DNA of 64,000 bases from an uncultured Haloferula sp. (lineage in GTDB: Bacteria > Verrucomicrobiota > Verrucomicrobiia > Verrucomicrobiales > Akkermansiaceae): positions 160,001-224,000 of the forward strand of contig CBFGTS010000001.1 in assembly GCA_965652295.1 (NCBI GenBank), given 5' to 3'. A model generated the notes under the pieces. That model saw nothing but the letters and a program-made list of their open reading frames with translations, was not told where the DNA came from and did not search any database. Positions within the stretch are counted from its first letter, which is position 1, and every line of letters begins with the position of its first letter. Below, piece after piece: positions 27,401 through 36,050 of the stretch. A program made the translations under genes and the position numbers.

Positions 27401-30400
27401 GGCCGACATGGCCGCGGTATCGACCTTCACGACTTCGCCGCCGCCTTGGTCGGGCGAGGGCTCACCCGTAACCTCACCGGGGACGAGCGGCGTGATGAAG
27501 CGCGAGACGTAGGCGGTGATGCCATCGGCCGTGATCGAGACATGCCGGGGGTGCGGGCCGACTTCGGCGAGGGCGAGGATTTCGCCGCTGGCGGGATCGA
27601 GCTTCGCGAGCTGGCCGGTGGCTTGCAGTGCGACATAGGCGGCCGAGCCATCGGGAGCGAAGGCGAGCCCGAAGGGCGCGGATCCGCGAGGTAGGACGAT
27701 GTTACGGGAAATATCGTAGGTGGCGGGATCGATGACCGCGATGGTGGCGTCACCCGCGTTGGCGACCCACAGCGAACCGTCCGGCGCGAAGGCGAGGGAG
27801 TGGGGTTTTTCACCGGTCGGGATCTCGGCGATGAGGGCACCGGTGGTGGTGTCGAGAGCGCTGACGGAGCCGTTGTCCGGGTTCACGTTCCAGACGCTGG
27901 CTGGTGCCGTGACGATGGCCTGCGAGACGGTGGGTGCGGGGCCGGAACTTACGAGCCGGATGTTCTGGTAGAACGTGGTGACGGTTTCCGTGCCGCTGGC
28001 ATCAATGGCGGTCAGCGTGACGAGAAAACGCCCGGGGCGGCTGAAGACGTGGCGGTTGAAGGGCTCGGTGGTGGTTTCCTCCGGTGATTCGTCGCCGAAG
28101 TTCCAGAGGTAGAGGACGTTGGTTCCGCCCGTGGCATCGATGTTGAAATCCGTCTCGCTGCCCACCCAGTTCACCCCGGTGATGGGCGGCTGGATGGCGA
28201 GCGCCGGATGAATCGTCCAAAGGAAACTGGTGGAGGCTGACTCACCGGAGGGATCGGTGGCGGTGAGCGTGACGCTCATGGTTACCGGAGCGGTGGGAAC
28301 GCCGAGGATTTCCCCGGTGCTCGGATTCAGCGTGAGTCCGGAGGGCAGGCCGCTGGTGGAAAATGAAAGTGGATCGCCGTCGGGATCGCTCGCCTGCGGT
28401 TTGAGGGTGACGCCGGTGCCGACGGTGTGCGCGCGGTCGGCGATGCTGGCGAGGGTGGGCGGGCGGTTCGGTTCGAAGGGCGAGAGGTAGGAGCCTTCGA
28501 CGATCACCTTGGCGGGATCTCCCGGGCGCTGCCAGGCGAGGTTGATGTGGTCGTTGCCGCTGTCTTCCTTGTGAAGAATTTCAAGGTAGTAACGGCGTCC
28601 TCCGACGAGCGTCACGGGAGCGGACTGCTGGCTTGGCGATTTGTCCCACTGGCTCAGGGTCGAGCCGCCTTCGATGCTGGCGATGGCAATGGCTTGCTCG
28701 GGCGATTCGTCGCTGCTGAGCAGGAGTCGCGCGGAGTCGTCGGCGGAAATCCAGAAGACGTAGGCACCGCTCACGGGAGTATGGATGTATCCTCGGACGC
28801 GGGTTCCGTAGCTGTTGCCCGAGTTGACGCCTGCGGGAAAGCCGACGATGGCATCCTGAGCGGTGGGCGTATCCGGGAAGCGTGGGTCGGAGGTCAACAG
28901 GTCGATCGTATTGCCCGGGAGGCTGGTCCACGTTTCGCGCAGCAGCAATCCCTCGCCTTGCCCCGGGAGCCGGATGGTCCACACGAAGCCCACGGTGTCG
29001 GAGGCGGCACCATCGACGTGGACGGACAGCGTGACCGGGAACACGCCTTCGGCGGTGGGACTGCCGGTGATGCGGCCGGTGGAGGCGTTGATCTGCAAAC
29101 CGGGAGGAAGCCCGGTGGCGGTGAAGGTGACGCCGGCGGCATCGAACGCCGAGGTGGGCGGCGTGAAGGAAACGGATTGGCCGGTGATGTCGACGCGATC
29201 GCTGATTTCGGCGAAGGAGGGAAAGCCCACGGTGAAGCGGAGGAATACCTCGTTGTCGGCATTGCGGTTGGCGGACCAGATCCAGCGGGCGTCGGAGCCG
29301 GTGGGAAAGCCTTTCACGACGTCGCCCCACGGCGCGGATCCATAGGGGCCGTATTCGGTGGCGGCGGCCCACGCGGAGTCGTCGAAGCCGGGCAGCTGCC
29401 AGCCTTCGGGTGCCGAGGTCGCGACCTTCCAGCCGGAGTCGGTGAGGACCGTTTTGCCATCGATGGCGAACTGGCCGATCACCCCACCGACGTCGCCGGA
29501 ATCCATCGCGCGGATGGCGAGGGTGGCGCGGCCATCGGTGCTGAAGGCGGCACGCAGGGCTTTCGTCCAGTCGGTGCCGATGGCGACGAGTTCGCCGTTG
29601 ACGTAGAGTTCGTGGCGGTTGTCGGCGGCGATGACGGATTCGTTCTCCGGTTGGATGGCGCGGAGGCAGCGGGAGGGGACGATCGCTTTCGGGGTCCTCG
29701 GGGACGACCACTTCAGTTGCACGACGGCTTCGTTGATGGCTTGGAAATATTCCAAGCGGATGGGAACGGGCACGCCGGCGATGAGTTGGGCGGTGCCCGA
29801 AAACTCGGTTGCGGCGTGGCCGCTCCATTCATCGATGGCCTTCGTGCCGTCGATCCAGAGCCTCACGCCATCGTCGCTGTTCACGTGGAATTGGTAGGTT
29901 TCGGTGAATTCGGGAATCACCCATCCGGTCCAGGTCGTTTTCCAAGTGTTGGGACCTAGCAGATCTGGGAACGGGCTTTCCGTGCCGTAGTCGAAGTCCA
30001 CCACGGGGTCGACGCGGGATACTTCGCCGTCCGTTTCCGAGTCGGAATAAACTCCGAGGAGCCCGCTGGCGGGGGCGTCGATGGTTTCGCGGACGTGGAT
30101 GATGGAGGCCTTCGAGTAGGAGCCATTGGCATCGAGGCCGAAGAGCATCCAGTAGCCGGGCACCATCACGTTGGCATTGGGATGGGCGACGAGACGGTAG
30201 TCACCGGGAGTTTTCTCCGAGAACGGGATGTTCAGAAAACGCTGGTCGGTGGAGAGGCCGTGGGTGGTGGCCATCATGCGGATCATCGCAAACCGATGAA
30301 GCCCGGGCGTGGCATTGACGCCGAAAACCGATCCGAGCGTGACACTGTCCGGCGCGGACGAAAGGACCGGCCGAGTGGCGGGCTGGCCGTTCGATGAATA

Positions 30401-31648
30401 CAAGGACGGCGGCGTGTAGAGCTGCGCGTCGGTGTGGGTGAAGGAGGCATTGGGGTCCCCCGGGGTGTAGCCACCTCCGCCGGAGAACACGCGGCCGTCC
30501 GGCAGAAGCAGGGCGGTGGAGTGGTAGTTCCGCGGAACCGAGATGTCGGCAACGGTGCGCCAGGTGCCGGTTTGCGGATTCCAGATCTCGGAGGCGAGGA
30601 TGGTGCCTTGGTCGCTGAACTTGATGCCTGAGGTGTTGCCGCCGACGACGAGAACTTCTCCCGTGGGAAGCACGATCGCGTTGTGAAAACGCCGTGGGAA
30701 CTGCATCGGCGAGGTGAGGGCGACGGTCGGAGGGGTGGTGTTGAGGTCGATGGTGTAACTGGTGGTCGAGGAAGTTTTCGCGTTGGTGAACGACGAAGCA
30801 CCGCCGGCGACGAGGAATTTACCGGACTCGTACATCACCACGCCGGCGTGCTTCGGGTAGTAGTCGCCGGGGACCTGGAGGCCGGCGGAAACGCGGGTGC
30901 CGTTGCCGTCCGGGGACACCCAGTGCATTTCCTTGGTGGGGCCGAAGTGGAACAGGCGGCCATCGGGCGCGACGAACACGTAGGGCCACCAATTCGACTC
31001 AAAGCCGGTGGCACCTGCGACGGGTTGCCAGTTGATGCCGCCGAGCCGCTGCCAGATGTCGGTTTCGGGCGAATACCGCTCCGCCGTGTTGGGGCCGCCG
31101 TTGCCGGAGACGGTGAAGACGTCGCCGTCCGGCAGCGCGACGCTGGTGGTGTACCAGCGGGGATCGAACATGTTTTTGACCCGCTGCCAGCGATTCTTCC
31201 GCCAATCGTAGGCCGACGAATCGCGGACGGTGTAGCGCCCACCCATCGTCTGGAGGGTGCCGTCGGTGCGCATCACGAGGTGGGCGCAGAACATCTCGTG
31301 ATCGAGATAGAGGTCGTTGGAAAACGTGCCGGTGGCCGGGTCCCACACCGCCCACTGGGTTTGGGTTTTCGTGCCCGGCCAGTGCTTCACCTCCTGCCCG
31401 GAAAACGTAAGGATCTTGCCGTTCGGCAGGGAGGCAGCGGAGACCGGCGTGTGCGGCCACGTGACGATCGCACTCCAGCTGCCGGCCTGGTTTGAGGGGC
31501 CCGGAGGTGCGGGCGTGCCGTCGAACCCGGGAAGCAGCGCGGCGGCATCGGCCCAAAAGGCGTCGTCCTCGGCGTGTTGGTTCGGATCGGCGAGCAACGG
31601 CAAAGCGAGTGCCGCTGCCAAAAGAGGCAGAAGGGATCGGGGGGACAT
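24440..31648 (-). CDS. Giant secreted protein: AA5/galactose-oxidase-like copper radical oxidase + PA14 x2 + Ig/PKD + YVTN beta-propeller + di-heme cytochrome c domain + TIGR02597-like C-terminus
   Basis: HEMFC, PRWY, RNYHS, TTH..STDQR; SDDG/SADD PA14 motifs; LPPGL.I...TG.I.G.P Ig repeats; CAACH and CASCH heme motifs. Confidence 0.88.
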   Translation of the reverse strand: MSPRSLLPLLAAALALPLLADPNQHAEDDAFWADAAALLPGFDGTPAPPGPSNQAGSWSAIVTWPHTPVSAASLPNGKILTFSGQEVKHWPGTKTQTQWAVWDPATGTFSNDLYLDHEMFCAHLVMRTDGTLQTMGGRYTVRDSSAYDWRKNRWQRVKNMFDPRWYTTSVALPDGDVFTVSGNGGPNTAERYSPETDIWQRLGGINWQPVAGATGFESNWWPYVFVAPDGRLFHFGPTKEMHWVSPDGNGTRVSAGLQVPGDYYPKHAGVVMYESGKFLVAGGASSFTNAKTSSTTSYTIDLNTTPPTVALTSPMQFPRRFHNAIVLPTGEVLVVGGNTSGIKFSDQGTILASEIWNPQTGTWRTVADISVPRNYHSTALLLPDGRVFSGGGGYTPGDPNASFTHTDAQLYTPPSLYSSNGQPATRPVLSSAPDSVTLGSVFGVNATPGLHRFAMIRMMATTHGLSTDQRFLNIPFSEKTPGDYRLVAHPNANVMVPGYWMLFGLDANGSYSKASIIHVRETIDAPASGLLGVYSDSETDGEVSRVDPVVDFDYGTESPFPDLLGPNTWKTTWTGWVIPEFTETYQFHVNSDDGVRLWIDGTKAIDEWSGHAATEFSGTAQLIAGVPVPIRLEYFQAINEAVVQLKWSSPRTPKAIVPSRCLRAIQPENESVIAADNRHELYVNGELVAIGTDWTKALRAAFSTDGRATLAIRAMDSGDVGGVIGQFAIDGKTVLTDSGWKVATSAPEGWQLPGFDDSAWAAATEYGPYGSAPWGDVVKGFPTGSDARWIWSANRNADNEVFLRFTVGFPSFAEISDRVDITGQSVSFTPPTSAFDAAGVTFTATGLPPGLQINASTGRITGSPTAEGVFPVTLSVHVDGAASDTVGFVWTIRLPGQGEGLLLRETWTSLPGNTIDLLTSDPRFPDTPTAQDAIVGFPAGVNSGNSYGTRVRGYIHTPVSGAYVFWISADDSARLLLSSDESPEQAIAIASIEGGSTLSQWDKSPSQQSAPVTLVGGRRYYLEILHKEDSGNDHINLAWQRPGDPAKVIVEGSYLSPFEPNRPPTLASIADRAHTVGTGVTLKPQASDPDGDPLSFSTSGLPSGLTLNPSTGEILGVPTAPVTMSVTLTATDPSGESASTSFLWTIHPALAIQPPITGVNWVGSETDFNIDATGGTNVLYLWNFGDESPEETTTEPFNRHVFSRPGRFLVTLTAIDASGTETVTTFYQNIRLVSSGPAPTVSQAIVTAPASVWNVNPDNGSVSALDTTTGALIAEIPTGEKPHSLAFAPDGSLWVANAGDATIAVIDPATYDISRNIVLPRGSAPFGLAFAPDGSAAYVALQATGQLAKLDPASGEILALAEVGPHPRHVSITADGITAYVSRFITPLVPGEVTGEPSPDQGGGEVVKVDTAAMSALDTILLAPSQKPDSGGGGRGLPNYLGPAVISPAGDFAWVPSKQDNIQRGVLRDGRNLTHDTTVRAITSVIDLAAGAELPERRIDHDDGSVPSTAIFDPFGLFLFVALEGSRQVSVIDVYGGQELLRIPVGRAPQGLALSRDGSVLFTHNFMSRTVTLHAVSDIINHGVPQATLLATLSPVETDALAPDVLLGKQLFYDAADDRMGSQDYISCAACHNEGGHDGRVWDFTGFGEGLRNTTDLRGRAGTGHGPLHWSANFDEVQDFDNQVRDLADGNGMINGTPHPPLGTPNAGRSADLDALAAYVTSLSGFAETPHRQQDGANTLAALRGKNIFIAENCASCHSGVNFTDSGKAPLHDIGTLKPSSGSRLGGTLTGLDTPTLRGLHDGAPFLHDGSATTVAAAISAHDGVDLTSQELDDLAAYLLQIEDADAAAPAPGAPDIIVFNASPDAVTAGTEVTLSWTVVSGGSPLTTLSMNGTDVRGSTTITVAPNSTTTYTLTATNAAGTTSANVIVEVSQPPVAGTWQEWAGRYGLSGDPADDHDGDMLNDGIEFALATDPTRGDATVSTVPGALAGVLRTPHLEAVILPDGSRRFELVFTRPSATRAGVSYWLEGTLDLESGWGTLADLNGPGGSDIPANVLSIDVSDLADGTEEVRSSLYAFDSAYLRLAVDVGGGTVRSAPFGWLKRPVTREQNLFAPPFARGALDGGRFTTADGFTLTDTRTSWTPGQWLDHEVQITSGPAEGALMAITGNASSTLELGRANELLAARLASGGGGTYVIRRSHSLASLFGRFNEDGLVPGTPDGGDLISFVNPDGSFSDYYYRSGGLGGAGWRSTADPFEDMADSIVQPGEGFTFRHPEDQPLDLWFHGEVVLGKRLRVMDQGIRILGSQTPVEHATLGTLGLNPFFLVSPDANNHSHVYLESPWGYQPYYQKDATNPGGSGWRAIGDDLTDASIRPIDPASAWLLFRFTEDGLWERPQPFIYEE

Positions 31649-31711
31649 GGGGGGTGGGGGTGCGGAAGGTTACGTGGGACTACGGACCGGCGTATTACGC
31701 GATCGCGGAGG

Positions 31712-33439
31712 TCAGGGGGGAGGCGGGGGCGAGAACCGGGTGTCGGTGAGAGCGTGGAGGAAGGCGAGGAGGTCGTGTTTGTCCTGCTCGCTCAGGCCGA
31801 GCCCATCATGCTTGGAAAGGTTCGGGTCCAGCGTGGGGGAGGGGTGGATGCCGGAATCGTAGTGTTCGATCACCTCTGCCAGCGTGGCGAACCGGCCGTC
31901 GTGCATGTAGGGCGCGGTCAGGGCAACGTTGCGCAGCGAGGGTGTCTTGAATTTCCCCAGATCGGCTTCGTTTTCCGTGATCCCGGCCAGCCCGGCATCC
32001 TTGGAGAAGTCCGAGTCCAGGCCGTTGTTGTGGAAGTCGTGATTGGTGAAAAGCGCGCCGCCGTGGCAGTGAAAGCAGTCGGCACCGTGGAGGCCGCGGG
32101 CTGGATCGTTCTCGGTGATGAAAAGCTGGAAGCCCCGCTTCTCCTCCTCGCTGAACTGGGTTTCGCCGCGAAGCGCGCGGTCGAAGCGGGAGTCTTGGGA
32201 GAGCAGGCTCAGCAGGAACTGCTCGAGGGCGAGACCGAGCCGCTCTTCGGTCACGCCGGGCGACCCGAACGCCTTGGCGAAGGCTTCGGCGTACGTCTTC
32301 TCCAGCGCGGTGACCAGCTCGCCGAGATCGTGGCCCATTTCATCCGGATGCTCGATCGGCACGCGGATCTGCTCGCGCAAGGTCGGCGAACGACCGTCCC
32401 AGAAGAACGAGCGGTGCCAGGCGAGGTTGAAGAGGGGCATAGAGTGGCGGGCTGACAAGCGGCCGCCGATGCCGGTGCTCAGGGGTTTCGGATCGGAAAA
32501 CGCCAGCTCCGCCTGATGACAGGACGCGCAGGAAACCGAGCCATCGCGCGACAGGGCGGGGTCGGAAAACAGGGCCTTGCCGAGGGCGATGCCCTCGCGG
32601 GTGAGGGGATTGTCGGCGGGCAGGGTCACCTTGGGGAAACGCGGTGAGATTTCCAACCGGTAGGGTGTGGTCCCGGGAGGGGCGTTCACGGCGGGGGCCG
32701 CCGTGTTTTCCTGGCTCATCTCACGGCGGGTGGCGAGGAAATGAAAGGCACCGGCGGCGTGGACGGCGATCTCACCCGCCAAAGCATCTCCCTCGCGCGA
32801 GTGAGTGCTGGGCTTCGCGTCGGCCAGGTCGAACGCCAGCACCTTGTCGAGATCCAGCGCGAGCCGGAGCGTCTGGTGGTCGGCAGGGAGCTCGATGGGC
32901 ACGGTGATCTCCAAATGCTGCGGGTCGTTTCCGATGTGGTAGGAGAATCCGCGGTCCTCCTGACCCTCGCGCGCCAGCCGGCCTTCGAGGGCGAGGAAGA
33001 TGAAGCCGGTCTGCCATTCCCAGTGCATGTTGTTCAGTGCGGGATTCAGCGGGTCGTCCGCGCCGAAGCTCGCCGGGTCGGCGTGGTTGAGCTTCGGCGG
33101 CGGGCCGAGGCGGAAACGCACCGCCTGCATCGGCTCACCGGGAAGCCCGCGGAGGGGAGGAGACAAGCCCCGACCGGCCGCGCTGAAGAAGCCGTTCCAG
33201 TCCGCGTTCGGCAGCCAAGTTCCGTCGGACTTTTGAAACGACACCTGGGAGAGAATCACATCTGCCCGGGAAATCGCCACGCCTCCGCGGATTTCCGAGG
33301 TGAGGGGGCGGTCACCGCGCACGAATTCGACCTCCAGCCGAAGATCCCGCGCGTCCTGCGACCAAGCGGTTGCGGAAACGAGAAAGATAAACGGGGGGAG
33401 GAGAAAGAAGAATGGGAGCTGGCGGAATGCACCGAGCAC
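31712..33439 (-). CDS. MbnP-like copper-binding domain fused to MbnH/MauG-like di-heme cytochrome c peroxidase
   Basis: NHADP...L...MHWEWQTGFIFL.LEG...YHIG (MbnP WxW motif), then DNPLT..G.ALGK.LF.D, CASCH, FFWDGR, CFHCH, FKTPSLRN..LTAPYMHDG. GTG start at 33439 inferred from the signal peptide and an extended -10 TGCTAGGAT. Confidence 0.88.
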   Translation of the reverse strand: MLGAFRQLPFFFLLPPFIFLVSATAWSQDARDLRLEVEFVRGDRPLTSEIRGGVAISRADVILSQVSFQKSDGTWLPNADWNGFFSAAGRGLSPPLRGLPGEPMQAVRFRLGPPPKLNHADPASFGADDPLNPALNNMHWEWQTGFIFLALEGRLAREGQEDRGFSYHIGNDPQHLEITVPIELPADHQTLRLALDLDKVLAFDLADAKPSTHSREGDALAGEIAVHAAGAFHFLATRREMSQENTAAPAVNAPPGTTPYRLEISPRFPKVTLPADNPLTREGIALGKALFSDPALSRDGSVSCASCHQAELAFSDPKPLSTGIGGRLSARHSMPLFNLAWHRSFFWDGRSPTLREQIRVPIEHPDEMGHDLGELVTALEKTYAEAFAKAFGSPGVTEERLGLALEQFLLSLLSQDSRFDRALRGETQFSEEEKRGFQLFITENDPARGLHGADCFHCHGGALFTNHDFHNNGLDSDFSKDAGLAGITENEADLGKFKTPSLRNVALTAPYMHDGRFATLAEVIEHYDSGIHPSPTLDPNLSKHDGLGLSEQDKHDLLAFLHALTDTRFSPPPPP

Positions 33440-33461
33440 AAAAAGAATCCTAGCATGGCGG

Positions 33462-33980
33462 TCAAACTCCGGATGCGGCCGGTCCCAGCCGTTTGCGATA
33501 CCGCGTTTCGTCGAGCCACGCTTCGCCGAGCTGAAATCGTTTCTCCGAGCCGTCCGCCTCAAACCCGGCTTCTTCGTAAAACGCTCGGGCGGCCATATTC
33601 TCTTTGAGAACCCAGAGAACGATTTCATCCCAGCCGGCCTCCCGGGCAAGCTCATCGGCAAACTTCATCAGGCGCGACCCCAGACCCTGGCGCCAGTGAG
33701 CCGGGGAAACATACAGGGCCCAGATTTCCCCGCAACGGAGGCCGCACCCGTCACGGTTGGCTCCGACCGAAATCCACGCCGAAACCCGTCCACCAGAGGT
33801 GTTCACATAGGTCCGGCTCTCAGAGCGTTCTAAAATCCCGCGCCAGCGATCCGCCCGTTGGCGAACGTCCATGCTGTCCAAGGTTTCGTCGGGCACGATC
33901 CCCCGGTAGGCGGTCTGCCACGCCTCCACATGGACCAAAGCGATCTCCTCGGCATCTTTTACCGTCGCGATGCGGATCAC
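33462..33980 (-). CDS. GNAT family N-acetyltransferase
   Basis: W..AYRGI.P, ALYV.P.HWRQGLGS.L, LWVL.EN..AR.FYE..GF. Confidence 0.9.
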   Translation of the reverse strand: MIRIATVKDAEEIALVHVEAWQTAYRGIVPDETLDSMDVRQRADRWRGILERSESRTYVNTSGGRVSAWISVGANRDGCGLRCGEIWALYVSPAHWRQGLGSRLMKFADELAREAGWDEIVLWVLKENMAARAFYEEAGFEADGSEKRFQLGEAWLDETRYRKRLGPAASGV

Positions 33981-34010
33981 GGTCTTGAAATGGCCGGTTA
34001 GGTGGTGCCG

Positions 34011-34982
34011 CTAGACGATTTTCAGGCGGGCGAGGTCCTGGGTGTCGATGAGGCCGACGGGATGGCCCTCGGCGTCGAGGACCACGACATCGTCGACGCG
34101 GTGCGAGCCGATGGTCTGAACCGCCTCGGCGGCGAGGGCGTCGGCGGCGACGCTGATCGGGTTGCGGGTCATCAGCTCGGCCACGGGTCGATCGCCGACG
34201 TTGGCATCCTGTTGGTAGGAGCGTGCGAAGTCGCCGTGGGTGAAGATTCCGGCCAGCCCGCCGTTTTCCTGAACAACCACACATGCGCCCGACCGGGCGG
34301 CGGACATGGCGGTGAGGGCATCGCGGACAGTGGCCTGGTGCGGCACTGCGGCCAGCGCCTCGCCGGCGCGCATGATGTCGGAAACTTTCGTCAGCAGCGC
34401 CCGGCCGAGGGCTCCGCCGGGGTGGAAACGGGCAAACTCCTTCTCGGTGAAGCCTCGTACTTCAAGCAGGGCCATCGCCAGAGCGTCGCCCATCACGAGC
34501 ATGGCGGTGGAGGACGAGGTCGGGGCGAGATTCAGCGGGCAGGCCTCGCGCTCGACGGAGGTGTCCAGCGTGACATCGGAATGATGGGCGAGGGTGGAGT
34601 CCGTGCGGCCGGTCATACCGATCAGGCTGATGTCGAACCGCCGGAGGTGGGGGAGAAGGTCGAGCAGCTCGACCGTTTCTCCGGAATAGGAGAGGGCGAT
34701 CACCGCGTCGCCATCGCACACCAGGCCGAGGTCGCCGTGGAGGGCGTTCTGGGAGTTGAGGACGACGGCGGTGGAACCGGTGGAGTTGAGGGTGGCGGCG
34801 ATCTTGTGGCCGATGTTCCCGCTCTTGCCGATGCCGACGACGACGACCTTGCCGCGGTTTCCGACGGCTTGGTGGAGAAGTTCGACCGCGTGCCCGAAGG
34901 CCCCGTCCAGCCGCTGCCCGAGAGCGCTCAGGGCGGCGGCTTCCATCTCGATGACCTGCTTGCCACGGGTGATCGCGTCCAT
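34011..34982 (-). CDS. kdsD: Arabinose-5-phosphate isomerase (KpsF/GutQ family, SIS + 2 CBS)
   Basis: GIGKSG.IG.KIAATL.STG, HGDLG, EACPLNLAPTSS, FHPGGALG, CBS pair. Confidence 0.93.
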   Translation of the reverse strand: MDAITRGKQVIEMEAAALSALGQRLDGAFGHAVELLHQAVGNRGKVVVVGIGKSGNIGHKIAATLNSTGSTAVVLNSQNALHGDLGLVCDGDAVIALSYSGETVELLDLLPHLRRFDISLIGMTGRTDSTLAHHSDVTLDTSVEREACPLNLAPTSSSTAMLVMGDALAMALLEVRGFTEKEFARFHPGGALGRALLTKVSDIMRAGEALAAVPHQATVRDALTAMSAARSGACVVVQENGGLAGIFTHGDFARSYQQDANVGDRPVAELMTRNPISVAADALAAEAVQTIGSHRVDDVVVLDAEGHPVGLIDTQDLARLKIV

Positions 34983-35069
34983 GCCCGGAGCGTGGGGGGA
35001 AACAGTGAGGGAGCAAACCGCAAACTTTGGCTGCGGGGGAGGCATCCAAACATGCGACACCTGCCCATG

Positions 35070-35100
35070 AAAAAACCGGAAGGCGAAAGCCTTCCGGTTC
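35070..35100 (-). terminator. Intrinsic terminator of the pilin-like gene
   Basis: AACCGGAAGGC-GAAA-GCCTTCCGGTT stem with a U6 tail on the minus strand. Confidence 0.8.
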
Positions 35101-35128
35101 GGGATTCTTGAGTGGATCGACCGGCTCG

Positions 35129-35887
35129 TTAGAGTTCGAGCTCGAGTTCGTCGTCCGCTTGATTCGCGGAGTTGCCGCTCGACGAGCCGACGCCGCCCGC
35201 GTCAGGAGCCTTGAGGACGGGCTCGACGGAACCCCAGACGGTGCCTTTGCCGTTCTTCTGGAGGGTCCGGCCGCCGCCGATGGTGACGTTGTTGTCGGTC
35301 TCACGAATGATCGGGGCTTCGACGCTGTTGTCGAGGCGCAGGATCACGGCTTTGCCGCCGTACGGGCCGGGATCGAACTGCCAGTTGGTTTGGGCATTGA
35401 GCAGCGGGGTCGCGAGAACCGGGCGGTTCGAGTTGCCGGTGCTGTTCTGGCCGGTGGCGGCGTCGAGCATGACGTAGCCGAAGCCGACTTCGCCTTGGCT
35501 GAGGGCCTTGCCGGGCTCCATGTTCTTGTCGGGCTTCCGGGTGTAGGGCGTCTTGGTGTAGAAGATGTCCTCGTTGTCGGCACCGTAGGCGATGAGCTGA
35601 CGGAAGTAGTCGTTGGACTTGTTGCCGGAGAAGTCCAGCGAGCTGCCGGTGGCATCCGCGACGTTCTGGGCGGTGTTGTTGTCCGGGTAGGAGCCGAATT
35701 CCTGGTCGAACTCGATCAGATACATGCCGACTTGCTTGGCGTTGTTGATGGCCTGGGTCCGGTCGGCGGCCTTGCGCTGACGGAGGACCATGGGGGCCGA
35801 AAGGCCCGCGAGGGCCGCGATGATGACGATGACCACCAGAAGCTCCACAAGGGTGAAGCCACGGCGGCGCGTGCTGTTGGTTTTCAT
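35129..35887 (-). CDS. Prepilin-type N-terminal cleavage/methylation domain protein (T2SS/T4P pseudopilin-like)
   Basis: RRRG|FTLVELLVVIVIIAALAGL. Confidence 0.9.
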   Translation of the reverse strand: MKTNSTRRRGFTLVELLVVIVIIAALAGLSAPMVLRQRKAADRTQAINNAKQVGMYLIEFDQEFGSYPDNNTAQNVADATGSSLDFSGNKSNDYFRQLIAYGADNEDIFYTKTPYTRKPDKNMEPGKALSQGEVGFGYVMLDAATGQNSTGNSNRPVLATPLLNAQTNWQFDPGPYGGKAVILRLDNSVEAPIIRETDNNVTIGGGRTLQKNGKGTVWGSVEPVLKAPDAGGVGSSSGNSANQADDELELEL

Positions 35888-36050
35888 GGTTTTATGTATG
35901 TTTTTGCTATGGATTGGAGCCAATCGGCTCCGTTTTTATAAGCCCGGAGGTTTTTCAACATCCGAGTCAGTCCAAGGTAGATGCGGCACCTGCCCACACA
36001 AGGAGAAAGATGGAAGCGGAGTGGCATGATTTCCCGCTTCCACCGGGGTC

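Noticed and set aside
31712..33439. Methanobactin biosynthetic cluster
   Set aside because: No precursor peptide, MbnB/MbnC or TonB-dependent receptor visible in the window.
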